From NCBI RefSeq assembly GCF_009914755.1, contig NC_060926.1: a stretch of DNA of 64,000 nt; one strand, written 5' to 3'. The notes beneath the pieces were generated by a model. It was not told the DNA's origin. It saw nothing but the letters and a program-made list of their open reading frames with translations, and did not search any database. The DNA comes from the human T2T-CHM13v2.0 reference genome, Homo sapiens. The position numbers and the translations under genes are program-made. The stretch's first letter is position 1, and every line of letters begins with the position of its first letter. Below are positions 12,992-26,176 of the stretch, piece after piece.

Positions 12992-15639
12992 GTAAGTCCT
13001 TAAACACCTGGTTTGGTGAGTTATCTTTTTACATAAGATAGTGAATGTGAAAATGCCTTATAGATAACGGGCTAAGAGGATTTTAACTGTTACTGCTATT
13101 ACATTAAAAATTCTCTTCCCTTCAGTCAAGGGAAAGTCATAACTGCATTTTACTAAGCTATTTAATACTTTGAGATTGCTCTTTGAAATTTGAGAGCATA
13201 CTTCTGGGTACTGGGCTGTGTTGGTTTCTTCTCATTTCAGGGTGACAACCATGTGACATTGTTGACATGCAAAACTCTCAAATTCTATGCTTTAAAAATA
13301 TAGAGAATAAAGCACGTAGACCTGGGCATGATGCAAGGTGGAAATTTCAGGAAACACATAATGTTTCTTCTGTAAAATATTCTTGGCTGTGTAATTGTGG
13401 GCTTCATCAATCACCCCATTGTTTATTCTTTAAAAGTAGCGTGTGCTTCTTGCAAATTGACAGAAAGCAAAAAACAAGAAAACCATAGGCAACTTGTATT
13501 ACTCAGTGATGGGATGTCGGGGCATATAAGATTATATCTGTCAGTAAAATATTAGTTTATACCTACCAAGTGGGGCCAGTGAGGCACCTCTAATTTCCTT
13601 TGTGAAATAAAGTGAATCCAAGTTAATAGATTAAATTCCAATCAAGGGATCTTTGTGTCAAAAACCAAAGAGGTGGCTATACTCTGTGACTGTTTAATCC
13701 CTAACTGCTCCTCCTTATCTCTTTAAAACCAGCTTATTCTAAAGTGGAAAATTAATATAATTATCTCAAATGCTAAGCACAATGCCTCCTTTGCCTCAGC
13801 TATAAACTTTATGCTATTTGAGTATGTAGATTGCCTTATTGAGATAGAATCAATGAAACATTTTAATTCTCATTTATTTATATGTGTATGTTTTCTCTAG
13901 GATGGGTGTGTAATGTGGGTTGAGCCTTGAGGTCTGGCAGTTACCTTCTGTGTGCTCTGGCTATTCACTTAGCTCCCTCCCTGTGGGTGTGGGGACACTG
14001 GTATAGGTGTCCCCTTTAGACTCTCCTTTATAGTTGCTATTCATTTTGAGCTAGTAAAGTGTGAATATTAAATAGGAATGTTAGTTTGAAGAAGTCTTGT
14101 GCAATTTGCTTAGTGAATAAGTTACACAAAGGATCTTACTATATTTTTAAGAGGTATACAAGTAAAAATGGCTTTCCAAATGGATAACATTCTCAGTTCA
14201 GAACAGTCTAACATCTTTTGTGAAATCATATAGACACTGATTGTGTTCAAGGTGATCTTACTTGGTACTTGAGTTTTCCTTTTAAAACAATATGCTAGAG
14301 ATTCTGTGTTCCCTGCTCCCCATTCCACAACCTGGCTTCCTCTTCACAGAAATGGCTCAAGTCAATCTGAGTACCAGGAAACTCGTCCTGTCACTGACTA
14401 GCTAGTTGCTCTGTTTATCAGTAAACATCTAAACGCAGAAAGGCTGCATTTTGTCTTGGTTTTATATTTGTGTAAAACCTAGCTTGTTTTGTAGAGGCAT
14501 TGTATGCACCCAGATTCATTCTGTCTAGGAGCGAAGAACACTGTGAAAATACGATTATTCATAGAACTGTTGGTTTAAATGTTCTTGATTTTCATGATGT
14601 AATTTAACATACTTTAGAAAAAAAGAGTAGGATATCAGAACACGCTTATTCGAGTACAATTTCATATTTACTAGTCTTCAAGAATTTAGATTATTTTTAT
14701 ATTCCATATGGACATGAGGAGTGAGGAGATAAAAAGGCCATATTTATTGAATATATACTATGTGCCAATTACTGGGCTGGTAGTTTTATGTATAAGGGCT
14801 TGTTTACTAGGGCCAAAATAATAATGATGATGATGATTTATAATTTCAGCACTTAAGAAATGCATATGAGTTTTTAAAGATTATGTTATAAAACATGAAT
14901 CAGAATAAAATTAATAATCATTATTATGATTCATTCTTTTATTCCTCATTCCATCAAGGTACATTTTCTGAGAACCCATGAAATATGTGGAAATGACCAT
15001 GGTCCCTGACCTCAAGGGACTTGGTCTAACGGGGAAGATAGGTTAACTTAGTACTTATTGCCCATAGATACTCTGACAGAAAAACATCAAAACTCTCCCC
15101 CAATCCTTTTTAAAACACCCAACTATATGCACTTATAAAACAAAGATAATGTATAACAAAGATAATACAAAGCCACCTCAGACTTTGTGGTTTATCTTCT
15201 ACTTCAGTTCCACATCTTAGAACATCACAGATGAATGTTTCTTGAATCTTTGGGAAGAACATAATTGTAGGGCGTTCTTTGACTTTCAGACAGGACTTTT
15301 AATATTTGTGTCCATTTAAGCTCTAAGGCCTGAAACTGTAAATTTTAAATGATTGACTCTATTGTCCATCATGAAAGGGAGAAGTTTTAAAATGTGAAAG
15401 GCATGTAGCATTTCCCTTTACAAGGCCCTACTTATAGGTGTGTGGCCTCTTCCTGCTACAACTGTGTAGAGAGCAACTTGGCTTAAGGCAGGTGAATGTT
15501 GGAACCATTTCAGGAAACTGGATTCCTGGAAGCAGGGCCAAACTGGGGAGCCACAGGGCCTGAGAAAATCACACTATGGGCTCTTCCACCTCCTTTACAT
15601 ATTGAAAAAAGTTAAGTTTGGTTAAAATAAGCACTAACT

Positions 15640-15845
15640 GAAGAAGGAGGAGAAGGAAAACGGTAAGGAGAAAGAGAAGAAGGAGGAGATGGATAAGGAG
15701 AAGGAGGAGGAGGAAAAAGGAAGAAGGAGGAGGAAGAGAGTAAGAAGGAGCAGCAGGAGTTGGACAAAGAGAAGATGAAGAAGGAGGAGGAGAAATAGGA
15801 GGAGAAGAAGAAATAAGTAAAATAAAGAGGAGGAAGAGGAAATGC
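15640..15845. repeat. Purine-rich (GGA/GAA)n low-complexity tract
   Basis: About 200 nt that are almost entirely A/G. Confidence 0.92.
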
Positions 15846-16389
15846 AGAAATAAGCAGTGATTAGAAAATGATGAGTTCAGTGCTCCAGAAGAGGTGCTTA
15901 CACCAACCCTGAAGCCAAATGAAAGTGGGGATGGTATTCCTTGGTGATAATTATACCCTGTTGTGTTAACTTTCTTGCTTATAGTGAATGGAGAAGTTCA
16001 AAGCCATGGTCAGGGAAGCTCATATCATCTATGGATGGGTGAATCTAACAATTCCCAAGGAGATATTTGCTGGCTCCCCATGGCCTATGGCTGGAAGTCC
16101 ACCGCCTTCCTTAGGTTTGAATTCAAGGTCTTCCATTATTTGTTTCAAAATCATTTTCCAAGTCCTCTCCTGACACTTTTCCCAGTTCAAAGGTTGCTCC
16201 AGCCAGGTGGATCCCCTCAATGAATGTCAAAGATATCTGGCTGGGCCATTTCTTCCTCTCTTATTTCACTCTTGATGTTCTCCCCACCTAAAATTTCTCC
16301 CATTCTGTCACCCAAATATGCAAATCCTCATCATTCTCCAACAATCTGTTCAATCTCTTGTCATGAAAAAGCTTCTCTGATAAACATTT

Positions 16390-17260
16390 AACTGTTCATT
16401 CATTTATACACTCAGCAAATAAGCCAGCTGTTGTGGACAAGATACTGTGCTAAGCATTTGGGGACATATGAAGATGTAAATCATTCTGCCTGAGTCTGGG
16501 GAGTTTCCACATTAGTAGGAGACATGAATCATGCACAAAACATAGTAGACAGGGATTATTGTTATTAGACGGAGTGAGATAAAATGTTTTATTATTAGTA
16601 ATTCAGAGGAAGATATGAACTCAGGAAGGAGCTAGGGAAAGCTAAGCCTCAAAGGATGAGCAGGACTTAAAGGGACCAAGGAAAAGGACAATCCAAGCAG
16701 TGACAACGGAATGAGAAGACAAGTAATAGGCCTTCAGAGTGACAAGGTCCTTTGGCTGAATGCAGGCTACATAAAGATAGTGCAGAGTGTGTGGGAGACA
16801 GACTTGGAGAGAGCCCTGTGGTGGTCTCCTGAGCTCTGAACTCTCACCATGTTTGTTGATATGTTCAATATACCCTTCATTATATACTTACATGTCATCT
16901 TCTTCTTTGTTCATGTCTTGTTTCCAAAACCTTATCAATAGTGGGAATTGCAGTTGTCTATCTCTTTGGTCTTCCACCTGGCGGTACTTAACATCGTCTT
17001 TGCACAACTAATACCCTTGGTTTACAATCCAGAAGATGCTTTGTGTGCCTTCAGAATCTTAGGTGGGAATTGAGACAATCAGAGACCCATGGTGTAGAAA
17101 AATCATCTGGCAGTAGAGTGTGGTGAGACTGGAGGTCAAGAAGACAATGCAATCATTAAGATGAGAAATGGGGAAATCCTAAATAAAGGCAGTGGCCAAA
17201 GAAATGGAGAGGAGGGGATAGATTTTAGGTGTAGTGAGTGAGAGTCATGACATAAGAAAT
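16390..17260 (-). mobile_element. L2 fragments
   Basis: ttcattcatttatacactcagcaaat...tactgtgctaagcatttggggac (L2 3' end in reverse), with further degraded pieces. Confidence 0.55.
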
Positions 17261-17814
17261 AAATACAGAGCTGAATGCATGAAGGGTCACTCATGAGAAT
17301 GCGACCTGATTTCCCTCTTCAGTGGCTGACCAGATAGCAATGTCATTGGTTAAACACAGGAGACAAAATAAAGGACTTTTAATTTTTGTGTATGTGTTTG
17401 GTGAAGAGGGGAATGAGGTCAGGTAAGTTTGGAACAAGCTGAGGTTTTGGTGACTATGATAGATTCTGCATGAACTTGAAAGCTGGGCTTGCACGAGTGC
17501 AAAAGTTTCACCCTCGTTTCTCCTTTTCCCTCATGCACCCTCGCAGGTCCCTGTAAGATAGGAAAGCAGGAAGGAGGATGGGGGAGGGGGCAGCTGGCTG
17601 TGAATGATTCTGTGACCTGCGCCGAGCTGGGCATGTTACCTACTGATCTTATTGGCGACCCTCATGACACTACCAGTTCCTGCTACAGATGGGACGCTGA
17701 GGCTGAGATGCCAGTCAGCTTGTCCACGGTCCTGTCTGCTTGACTTTAAAAGACCTCAGGTACACCCAGACCGTTTCGTTTGCAAGCACCTAACTGCTCT
17801 TCGCTGTTCTGCAG

Positions 17815-18278
17815 GCTTCCACCTCTACCACAGGCTGCCAGGCCTCATGCCAGAAAGCTGCCTCCTCATCCTGGTGGGGGCGCTGGTGGGCGGCATCATC
17901 TTCGGCACCGACCACAAATCGCCTCCGGTCATGGACTCCAGCATCTACTTCCTGTATCTCCTGCCACCCATCGTTCTGGAGGGCGGCTACTTCATGCCCA
18001 CCCGGCCCTTCTTTGAGAACATCGGCTCCATCCTGTGGTGGGCAGTATTGGGGGCCCTGATCAACGCCTTGGGCATTGGCCTCTCCCTCTACCTCATCTG
18101 CCAGGTGAAGGCCTTTGGCCTGGGCGACGTCAACCTGCTGCAGAACCTGCTGTTCGGCAGCCTGATCTCCGCCGTGGACCCAGTGGCCGTGCTAGCCGTG
18201 TTTGAGGAAGCGCGCGTGAACGAGCAGCTCTACATGATGATCTTTGGGGAGGCCCTGCTCAATGATGGCATTACTGTG
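17815..18278 (+). CDS. SLC9A4: SLC9A4 coding exon 2
   Basis: Acceptor ttctgcag|; encodes [19 protein letters not shown]...[15 protein letters not shown]...[14 protein letters not shown]...[12 protein letters not shown] (CPA1 core motifs). Donor |gtgaga; 464 nt. Confidence 0.98.
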
Positions 18279-19336
18279 GTGAGATGTCATGTGCCCGCCC
18301 GGCTTCCGGGGGAGATGAGGGTTCGGGGTGGGGCTGGGGACCGGAGGCTGTGGAGACGGCTCCAGTGTGGCTCAGCGCAGCAGGACAGGGATGAGCTTCA
18401 GCCCATGCGGTGTGGTCCGAGTTCTGGTGAATTTCCTTGGGATCTGCACTGCCTACATAACGGTTCACTCACACTGCTTGTCATTCACAAACCAACTAGT
18501 TTCGTTAAAGAGTGGAAAAGGAGAGAGAACGTATCATTCTTGAGTTAAATGTACTTTTTCACTTAGCAAACAGAAACTGTTGCTAATGGCCCTTCTGGGG
18601 TTTCACGACAGCTAAAGCAGAAACTGATGTTTTTATTTCCTCTCCATCATCAGACCTCACTCTTATTCCCTTTATATGCATTTTTGTTTTGTTTTTAACA
18701 TACCACATTAGATTAGGTGAAATAAAAGATAAGGGTCAGGGAAGAGATGACAACAGATTTGTGAAAATGTGTTAGTTTTTGTATCACTTAGTTGCAGGAC
18801 TTGTATGGAAAAAAGTGAATGAGGCGTTTTTGCTTATGAGCCTTTCTGGTGGGAAACTGAGAAGAACATACAGGCTTGAGCAACACCCAGCATTAAGGCT
18901 CAGGGGATGTCTGTAGGCTGGGGGTGCTGGAATATTGAGAACTAGCCAGTCCCGTTGCTCAATTTCATTAATTACTAAAAACCTTCAGCAGTTGTTAGAC
19001 AAGAAGACTTTTATACATACTTTCATATACTTTTCTTATTTTTAAATTTCTATCACAGCACATAAGTAATACTAGAATACATTTTCACTGTAAGAATCAA
19101 ACAGTACAAAACTATATAGCATGAAACACAAAAACTTCTGCTTGCCCTCACCTCCTCCTCTATGAAAGAGGCAACCACTTTTATCAGCTTGACCTTTTCC
19201 CTCCTGTATTTTTTATATGCATATACAACATTTTTGCAAATCTTTTATCATCTATGTGTGTGTGATCTGTATTTTTTAATATAAAGTGGGTGTATTTTAT
19301 GTATTGCTTAGATATAACAAGTCTTTCCGTGTCTTG

Positions 19337-19432
19337 TTTTTTTTTTTCTTTTTTTTGAGACAGAGTTTCACTCTTGTTGCCCAGGCTGGAGTGCAATGAT
19401 GCAGCCTCGGCTCACTGCAACCGTGTCTGGCC
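19337..19432 (-). mobile_element. Internally deleted Alu
   Basis: Poly-T plus Alu 3' part up to ...cactgcaacc, joined directly to the Alu 5' end gtgtctggcc. Confidence 0.85.
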
Positions 19433-19689
19433 CTCTTTCTATGTGTTTTCAGCTATTGCATAGTATTGCATAAATTAAGTTTACAGTAACTTATTTAGCA
19501 GTTTCCTGATGAATGCGTCATTCAGGTTGTTTCCAATGTTTCATTCTTACAAGCAATGTTGAAATGCATATTGAATATTCTTTTTTTCTGCATGCCTCTC
19601 TCTTTGCATTCGTATTTTTACATGATGTTTTCTTAGAAGTGAAATTTCCAGTTTAAACAGTATGTACATTTAACAATTTAAAATGTGCT

Positions 19690-20200
19690 GCTGTTTTAAT
19701 CAGCTCCTATCTGCCTCCTTGGTAAATGAGAGATTCTCACTCTAAGGTTATAGATGGCCAAACACAGACACCCAACACTGGGCAGATGAGACTGACAACA
19801 GTTTATCAGTCACCTGTACTTGCCAAGGGGAGGAGGATGCCACATGCCCCGCAGGACCACACAGAGGCTGCGCTTGGGAACGGAATGAACAACCAGGAGC
19901 TGTGGGAGGCAGGCTTTGTGGTAACAAGAGGGTGAGGTGCTCCCTGGTTCTCACAGGAGGAGATGATTGAGTTGTTGGAATAATTTTGCAGGTTGGCAGG
20001 GACCTAAGACCTTCTACTCAGGAAGAAGCAGGAACTGTGCCTGGTACCCTTGATAAGGAGGGTGGTTTGGCTGGGGCACCTTATCCAGGGATCGGCGTGG
20101 GGAGGGAAACTTGCATGTAGACCAGTTGAGGTCCTCATAATTTTGCCAAATATCGTGGCATTACATAATATCAAACCTTAATTTCAGGCCCTGGAACACA
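19690..20200. mobile_element. ERVL-class solo LTR (MER54/MER74-like, uncertain)
   Basis: GC-richer block inside the L1, with cagtttatcagtcac...gccacatgccccgcaggaccacacag. Confidence 0.45.
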
Positions 20201-20431
20201 GTCGTCAAGATTTTCCAGAAAGCCTTTATCAGCTTATACTTCCTTAGTGTATTGCACCCATATTTTCTTATATCTTTGACAAGGGACATTGTTTCCTTAA
20301 TGTTTTCTAATGCCATGAGCAAAAAGGATTTCTCATGTTTGTTTTAATTTGCATTATAATAGTAAGCAACTTTTCAGCAACTGCAAATCATGACTCTGTC
20401 ACATGCTGTACATTGAAAGCTGATGTCCTTT

Positions 20432-20530
20432 CTGGGTTGACAAACTTAAAAAAATACTGGACACCAAGTTAAATTTAAATTTCAGATAAACAATGAATAA
20501 TTTTTTTTAGTATAAGTATGTCATATCCCA
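20432..20530 (+). mobile_element. MER33-like hAT DNA transposon fragment
   Basis: agttaaatttaaatttcagataaacaatgaataatttttt..tagtataagtatgtc. Confidence 0.75.
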
Positions 20531-21159
20531 ATTTTTATATGCAAATGTTGCGTCTTGCTCATTTTTCTTCACTTGCTTAAAAAAAAGATTTATAGGAATT
20601 CATTAAATTATCTTACCTTTAAACTTTTCAATGTCCCATAAAGACCAAATATTTTCTTCCATTCTATTATTTAAATTTTTTTAGATTATGGTATATTTTA
20701 CCCTATAAAAGTTCTAAATTTTTATATAGTGAAACCTGCTAATGACTCTTTTTTTGCTCCTGGGTTTCATATTTTGCTTCCAGAGATTGTGTCTAACCAA
20801 AAGACATGCAAACATTCTGTTTTTAATTTTTTTCCCATTTACAATTTACTAATTCATTTGGCAAGCAAGATCTTTTTTTTTTTAAACTTTATGCAACAAT
20901 AGTACAGAGAGGAAAAGTCCCCCTTTGAAAAATAATCTGTGCCATACCCATGGATTTCCTAAGCGAAGGAGGCCCATACATGAAGCCGGACGTCAAATCA
21001 TTTATTCATAGCGAGAATCCCTAACTTTTGAGGCAAGGCACTAGAATCATCAGGCTGGTGCATTCTACCCTTGCGGGCAAGCTTCACAAAAAGCCACATT
21101 GTCAGGAAGCTGCCCGGGGAGTCTGGACTCCAGACTGTCATAGGATTCAGAGATTTCAT

Positions 21160-21330
21160 TTCTCAGAGTCTGGTCCTCAGGCCAAGTGTTTCTGCATCAC
21201 ACTGGTGGGACTGATGAGTCTTCGGATGTCCAGTCCCATTTCATACCCTCTGACCCAGACTGTCTGGGAGTTGAACCTAGAAACCTGTGTTATTAAAACC
21301 TCAGATGACCGCTGAAGTTTGAGAACTATG
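21160..21330. mobile_element. MER5-like DNA transposon
   Basis: tttctcagagtctggtcc...gcatcac...gaagtttgagaactatg termini. Confidence 0.6.
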
Positions 21331-22719
21331 GATTTATTGCCTTTAGGTTGAGAGAAACTGATATATGTTGATATAAAATGATGATACGCCTAGAACAAGG
21401 ACCTTATCCATCTCCCCAGACGACACTGGACTAGTCTCTGAGATCCCCTTTCCCCAACCCATTCCTTCTATAAATACTGTCATACTTTCAGTTTTGTTAC
21501 AAATGAGTAAGTGTCGTTGTCTGGGAATCCATTCCATCTCTTAAGGTAGCCCCTCTGACCCATGATGTGTCCATTTCCTAGTTCATCTCCCAGAGATAAC
21601 CTTCTTTCACTCAGATCCAAGTTTTTTGGAGGTTATTTGGTTACTCTCACCCGCACTACTGACAATGTCCTGGAGGGTGTTTATCTGTGACAAGACCAGG
21701 GACACCCCTTGGAAATCCATTCTGAAGCAATTATTCAACCTCTCCTTCATAAATTATTACAGAGGTCAAGATACTACTGGATAAATGCCATCTCTTTAAT
21801 TTTCACAGCATATTCTTTATTCATCAAAAACTCAGATATAATCTACAAAAGTTCTTGCCAAGGCAGAGTCTTTATCAATTACCAAGGAAAGCATTTGACT
21901 CCTTCCTCGAGCTTGAGAATCTGACTTCCTCCTGAGTTGTCTCTAGATTTCACATGGAGAGCCAACTCTGGCTTGGTTTCTGGTTGGGGTTTGTTTGTTA
22001 GCAACATGTGTTTGACTTCCCCAAAGTTTAATTGCTTTGGGGGAGACATTTATAAGAATGATCATTTCAGGATAAAATCATAATTTTCAAGCTACCGGAG
22101 TATCTGCTGAGGACACTGCTGTGACCTCTGCTGGGTAGAGCTGCTGTTGCGTTGGCTCCGTGGGGTTGTCCACACTTCAATCTTGGGCCACTCTGTGGTC
22201 ACCCACAGCACAGTGAGTATTAAGTGTGCACTGGCACTGCTGGGTCCCTAAGTGAAACCAGAGAAGCCCCAGGGCCATATTTAGAACACAGCTGAAAAGG
22301 AACGGGTACTTGCTGCCGTCCAGTTGTATTTTGAGCTAAGGGCCTTGACCTCACCCTTTCATTGAGGAAGGAGCCTTCTTGGGGGCAGCAGTCACAAGCA
22401 TGCCTTTTCGGCAAGGAGGCTGAGTCATCCAGAAGGTGGCCTGTGATTGTGGGTTACATGCGACAATGCTGCAGATCTTCATCCACGAAAGAGCTGCCTT
22501 CCCACCAAAGAGAAGGGGTTGCTCCCAACAGTCGAAATATTGATGAATCTGATTCTCCAGATCTCTTGTCCCACTTTTTTCTCCCTCTTGCTGAATATTT
22601 TAGGTTATGACACTAATCACCAGAACACACATACGCTTAATGGTAGGCAAAAGGAGGGAGACAAAACCCAGATAGCTTTAGTGTCCTCACCCGCCACTAT
22701 ACACAAATGGTTACAACGT

Positions 22720-22773
22720 GAGAAGATGGATACAAAAATTAGCTTGACCTTAGTAACTATCTCACCATGTACA

Positions 22774-22822
<49 letters not shown>

Positions 22823-22960
22823 ATATACACACACATGCACATATATACATATATAATATATAGAAAAATATCTCATATATATTTATATATTAACATATTA
22901 GCATATATAAACATCATGTTGTACAGCTTAAATATATACAATTTTTTATTTTAAAAAAAG
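22720..22960 (+). mobile_element. L1M 3' end containing a (TA)n/(CA)n microsatellite (starting at 22776)
   Basis: aattagcttgacc...aaacatcatgttgtacagcttaaatatatacaattt followed by an A tail. Confidence 0.75.
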
Positions 22961-25900
22961 AATGTTTCTAAAATTGCATAAACAATATCCCTAGTTAAAT
23001 CTCATGGCCAAAATCACAGCAGGAAGACAGGTGCATCTACTATGTCACTTTTGCATTTATTAGTGTTTTATTAAACCCTTTGCTTTTACTAAGAGGCATG
23101 ACCAAGTGCCCTTACTTCATGAATGAAGACAATAAGGCAAAGGAGGTTAAAATAAACTGCACAAGGACACACTGCCTGAACAATGACAGAGCAGACATGG
23201 GTGTGCACAGCTCTCCCTCCTCCCAAACTTTTTCCTTTTTTCCTTACCTTTTGAATTTTCCACTCATGCAACTGGGAGTGACAAGAGAGAACCCACATGC
23301 TACCGATGAGGAGACTGGACTTAAGTCCAGTGAGTGAAGCCAGTGTTCTTTCTGCAAAACACTATGGCTTGAGGCAACATTCTGATCCTGTTGTGCCTCC
23401 TCTTGCTGTAAAATTGGGATAATGACATTCTTCAGCTCATAGGCTCACTGGAAAATTTATATTCAGCTCTTAGCAGAGTGAATGCCCAACCTGGAGTAAG
23501 CACTCAATGAATGCTGGCCATGACTTTGTATTGAAGCAGCTCCCGGACACTGTTTAGTGGTCGGCTCATTCTGAACAAGCAGCTGATTTTAAATATGGCA
23601 CCACCTCACAGATGGGAGGGCGGATTGTTCTTAGATTTATAATCTGCCTTCGTTTTCTTGGATCAGCTTGCTGGATAAGCAACAAAGTGAGGCCACCAAG
23701 CTTTCTATCACCCCTAGCTCCTTATCTCCTCTACCTCATCAGAGAGGTCAAAGGCCCAGACAGGCCAGGGTTGAAGCTGGAACCCAAGCAGCCTGACTCC
23801 AGGGTGTCTCTGCTCTTGACTGCCACCCGGTACTTCCCCTTTTCCTCATCCCTCTCTCCCCTCCTACTCTTGCTCCCTCCTCTGGTGACATCTTCCTGGC
23901 TCTGGATGCCATTCTCTAGGAGGATAGTGGGAGGGGAAGTGGAGCTAAATGTTCTGAGCACTGGGCCATTCACCTTGATGGGTGCTTCATGCCATTTTCC
24001 TTATTTAAGCCTCATGGCACCTTAATGAGGTGGTGATAGTACACAGTGGTTAAGGACAGAGACCCCCTGGACCCAGACTGTCTAGGTCCACATCTCTGTA
24101 CTGACCCTTCTCGGTCCTTCAGGCCTCTTGGGTGACTTAGCAGATCGCCATGTGCCTAAGTTTCTTCACTGTTATTTTTGTTATAAAGACACAGATTCTC
24201 ATAGAAGTCATTTATCTATTCATTCACTAGAGTTTATTCTATGCAGCTCAGTATCCCAGAGACAGAGTGAAAAGTCATACTCACTGCTTTGCCCAGCCAG
24301 CAATTCCCTTTGGGTGAGGCAATCAGTGGCAACAGTTTCTATCAGAGACCATTGACCTTTCATGCAGTTTGCAATTTGCCCTCTATTTATTGTGGATTCT
24401 TGCTGCCAGCATTAGATTCTATATCTCCTGATCCCTCATGCTAGAATTCCTTTGCCGTCTTCTCTTCTCATCTGTCTGTCCCTGTAGCAACATAACTTTG
24501 CTGGCTAGTTGCCTGTTGGCTCTCTTAATTTCTCTCCATGCCATTCCCTCCTGCAGTCACAGGACTCAGCATCTAGAATGGAGCATTGCGGAGGGGGCTG
24601 AGTCAAGGGCTCTAGTGGAAGAACGAATGCAGCAGGAAGAGTGAATAATGATGAGGCGGCAAGCAGTGGGGACTAGAAGAGGTGGGCAGGGGCCATGTTG
24701 GCCCTGGGGCTGGCCTGCTGCCCAGGTCTCTGTTTCCAGTGACTGAAGCCCTCTTTCCTCAAGCCCCCAAGAGGGAGCAAACTGGGGTGATTTTCCTCAA
24801 ATTAACTGTCACCGCCAAACTTCAGAGTTGCTTCCTGAACCTAAACGCTAAGGGTGGGATAAAATCAGGGGCAGGCATGGGCAGAGGGAAGAGTCCCAGG
24901 GTCCTATCTCTCTTTCCCCACACCTTGTCATGCACGTGTCCTGCACCCCCACTGTCCTGGACACAGGGCACATGAGGGTGAACCATGTATCCAGCCTATT
25001 CATTTGAGGGCAAATTTTCCTTCATGATTCCTCCTGCTTTATATTTTCCTGCCTCAAAAGGGACCCTTACTCTATTACTTCTTATTCAAAAAGTAGTAAA
25101 GCATAGCCAAGAACATGGATGGGAAGCCATATGCTTCATTGCAGGTCCTGCCTCCACTCCTTGCAAGCTGAGTGACTTCAGGTGAATCACTTACCCTCTC
25201 TGGGCCTCAGTTTCCTTTCTGTAATATGGAGATATGGTTGATGGAGGGTTAAAATGGATTGATACACGTAATGCATTCAAAATAGCACGTGGCACAGAGT
25301 GAGCCCCTGTGTTTGGTGTTATTCATCCAAGTCCACCTGCATGAGTACGTCTGAGCCACAGAGCTCTCCTGACACCCTAATGATGCCACATCTTCGTGTC
25401 TGTCTATCTGAACGTTGCAGTCTCAGCTTTTCCTAAAGAAGAGCTGTATGTGCACTTGAACAGCATCTTGAGGGGAGAGTAGGCATCTTTTCCTTGTCTT
25501 CTTTATATTTTCTTTCATTTTATTCTGATTCCAAGGATGGGAGCCAAGAGGAGATAGCTTTACCAAGAGACAGTTTCCTCTGGCCAAGAATACAGGGATC
25601 TCACTGTGTATGGGGGGCGTGGACCTACAAGTTGCACGATCTTGGGACCCAATCCTTTTGTGCCTCAGTTTCCACATATGTAAGATGAGAATGATTAATC
25701 TGACTTCAAAGGGTGATTGTGAGGATGTTGTGAAATGAGACTTCGGATGCCTGGCACAGGGCAGGTGATACACAAATGTCTTCTTGCCCTTCCTGTGTGC
25801 CAGAGATAGGTCCACACAAGAACAACCATCTGCCATCTGCCGGGTGTCTGTCAGGCATAGAAATGGAGATTACGCCTAACCTTCAGGCAGAAAGGGCCAT

Positions 25901-26148
25901 GCAGCCTTGATTGGTTGGCTTTGGGTGCCTAGGGAGTGAACTCCACAACCCTGCAAAGTCTCAGCAAGTGCTTTATCTGTGAGGCTCTCCCCTGGGGCTG
26001 CTTCTGACCTTCTGTTGGGGAGGGCAGGAGTCTGGTGCCCATCCAGCCCAGACATGGGTCCCAAAGGATTCAGGCATTTGCCTTCAGACATGCACTTTCA
26101 GCCAAAATATTTGGAGGTTTTCACGGTGAACTTCTCAGCTCACAGCTG

Positions 26149-26176
26149 GTGTGTGTGTGTGTGTGTGTGTGTGTGT
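26149..26176. repeat. (GT)14 microsatellite
   Basis: Read directly from the sequence. Confidence 0.97.

Larger units (their letters stand above)
19020..20870 (-). mobile_element. Degraded L1ME-type element interrupted by an Alu, an LTR and MER33
   Basis: ttcaggttgtttccaatgtttc...ttagaagtgaaatttcc...gttttaatttgcatt are L1 3' region motifs in reverse. Confidence 0.6.

Noticed and set aside
21206-21238. Hammerhead-like CTGATGA plus a stem with a cUUCGg loop, inside a small hairpin (tgggactg/cagtccca)
   Set aside because: The required GAAA after stem II is absent (GTCC instead), and it lies in a palindromic MER5-like element.
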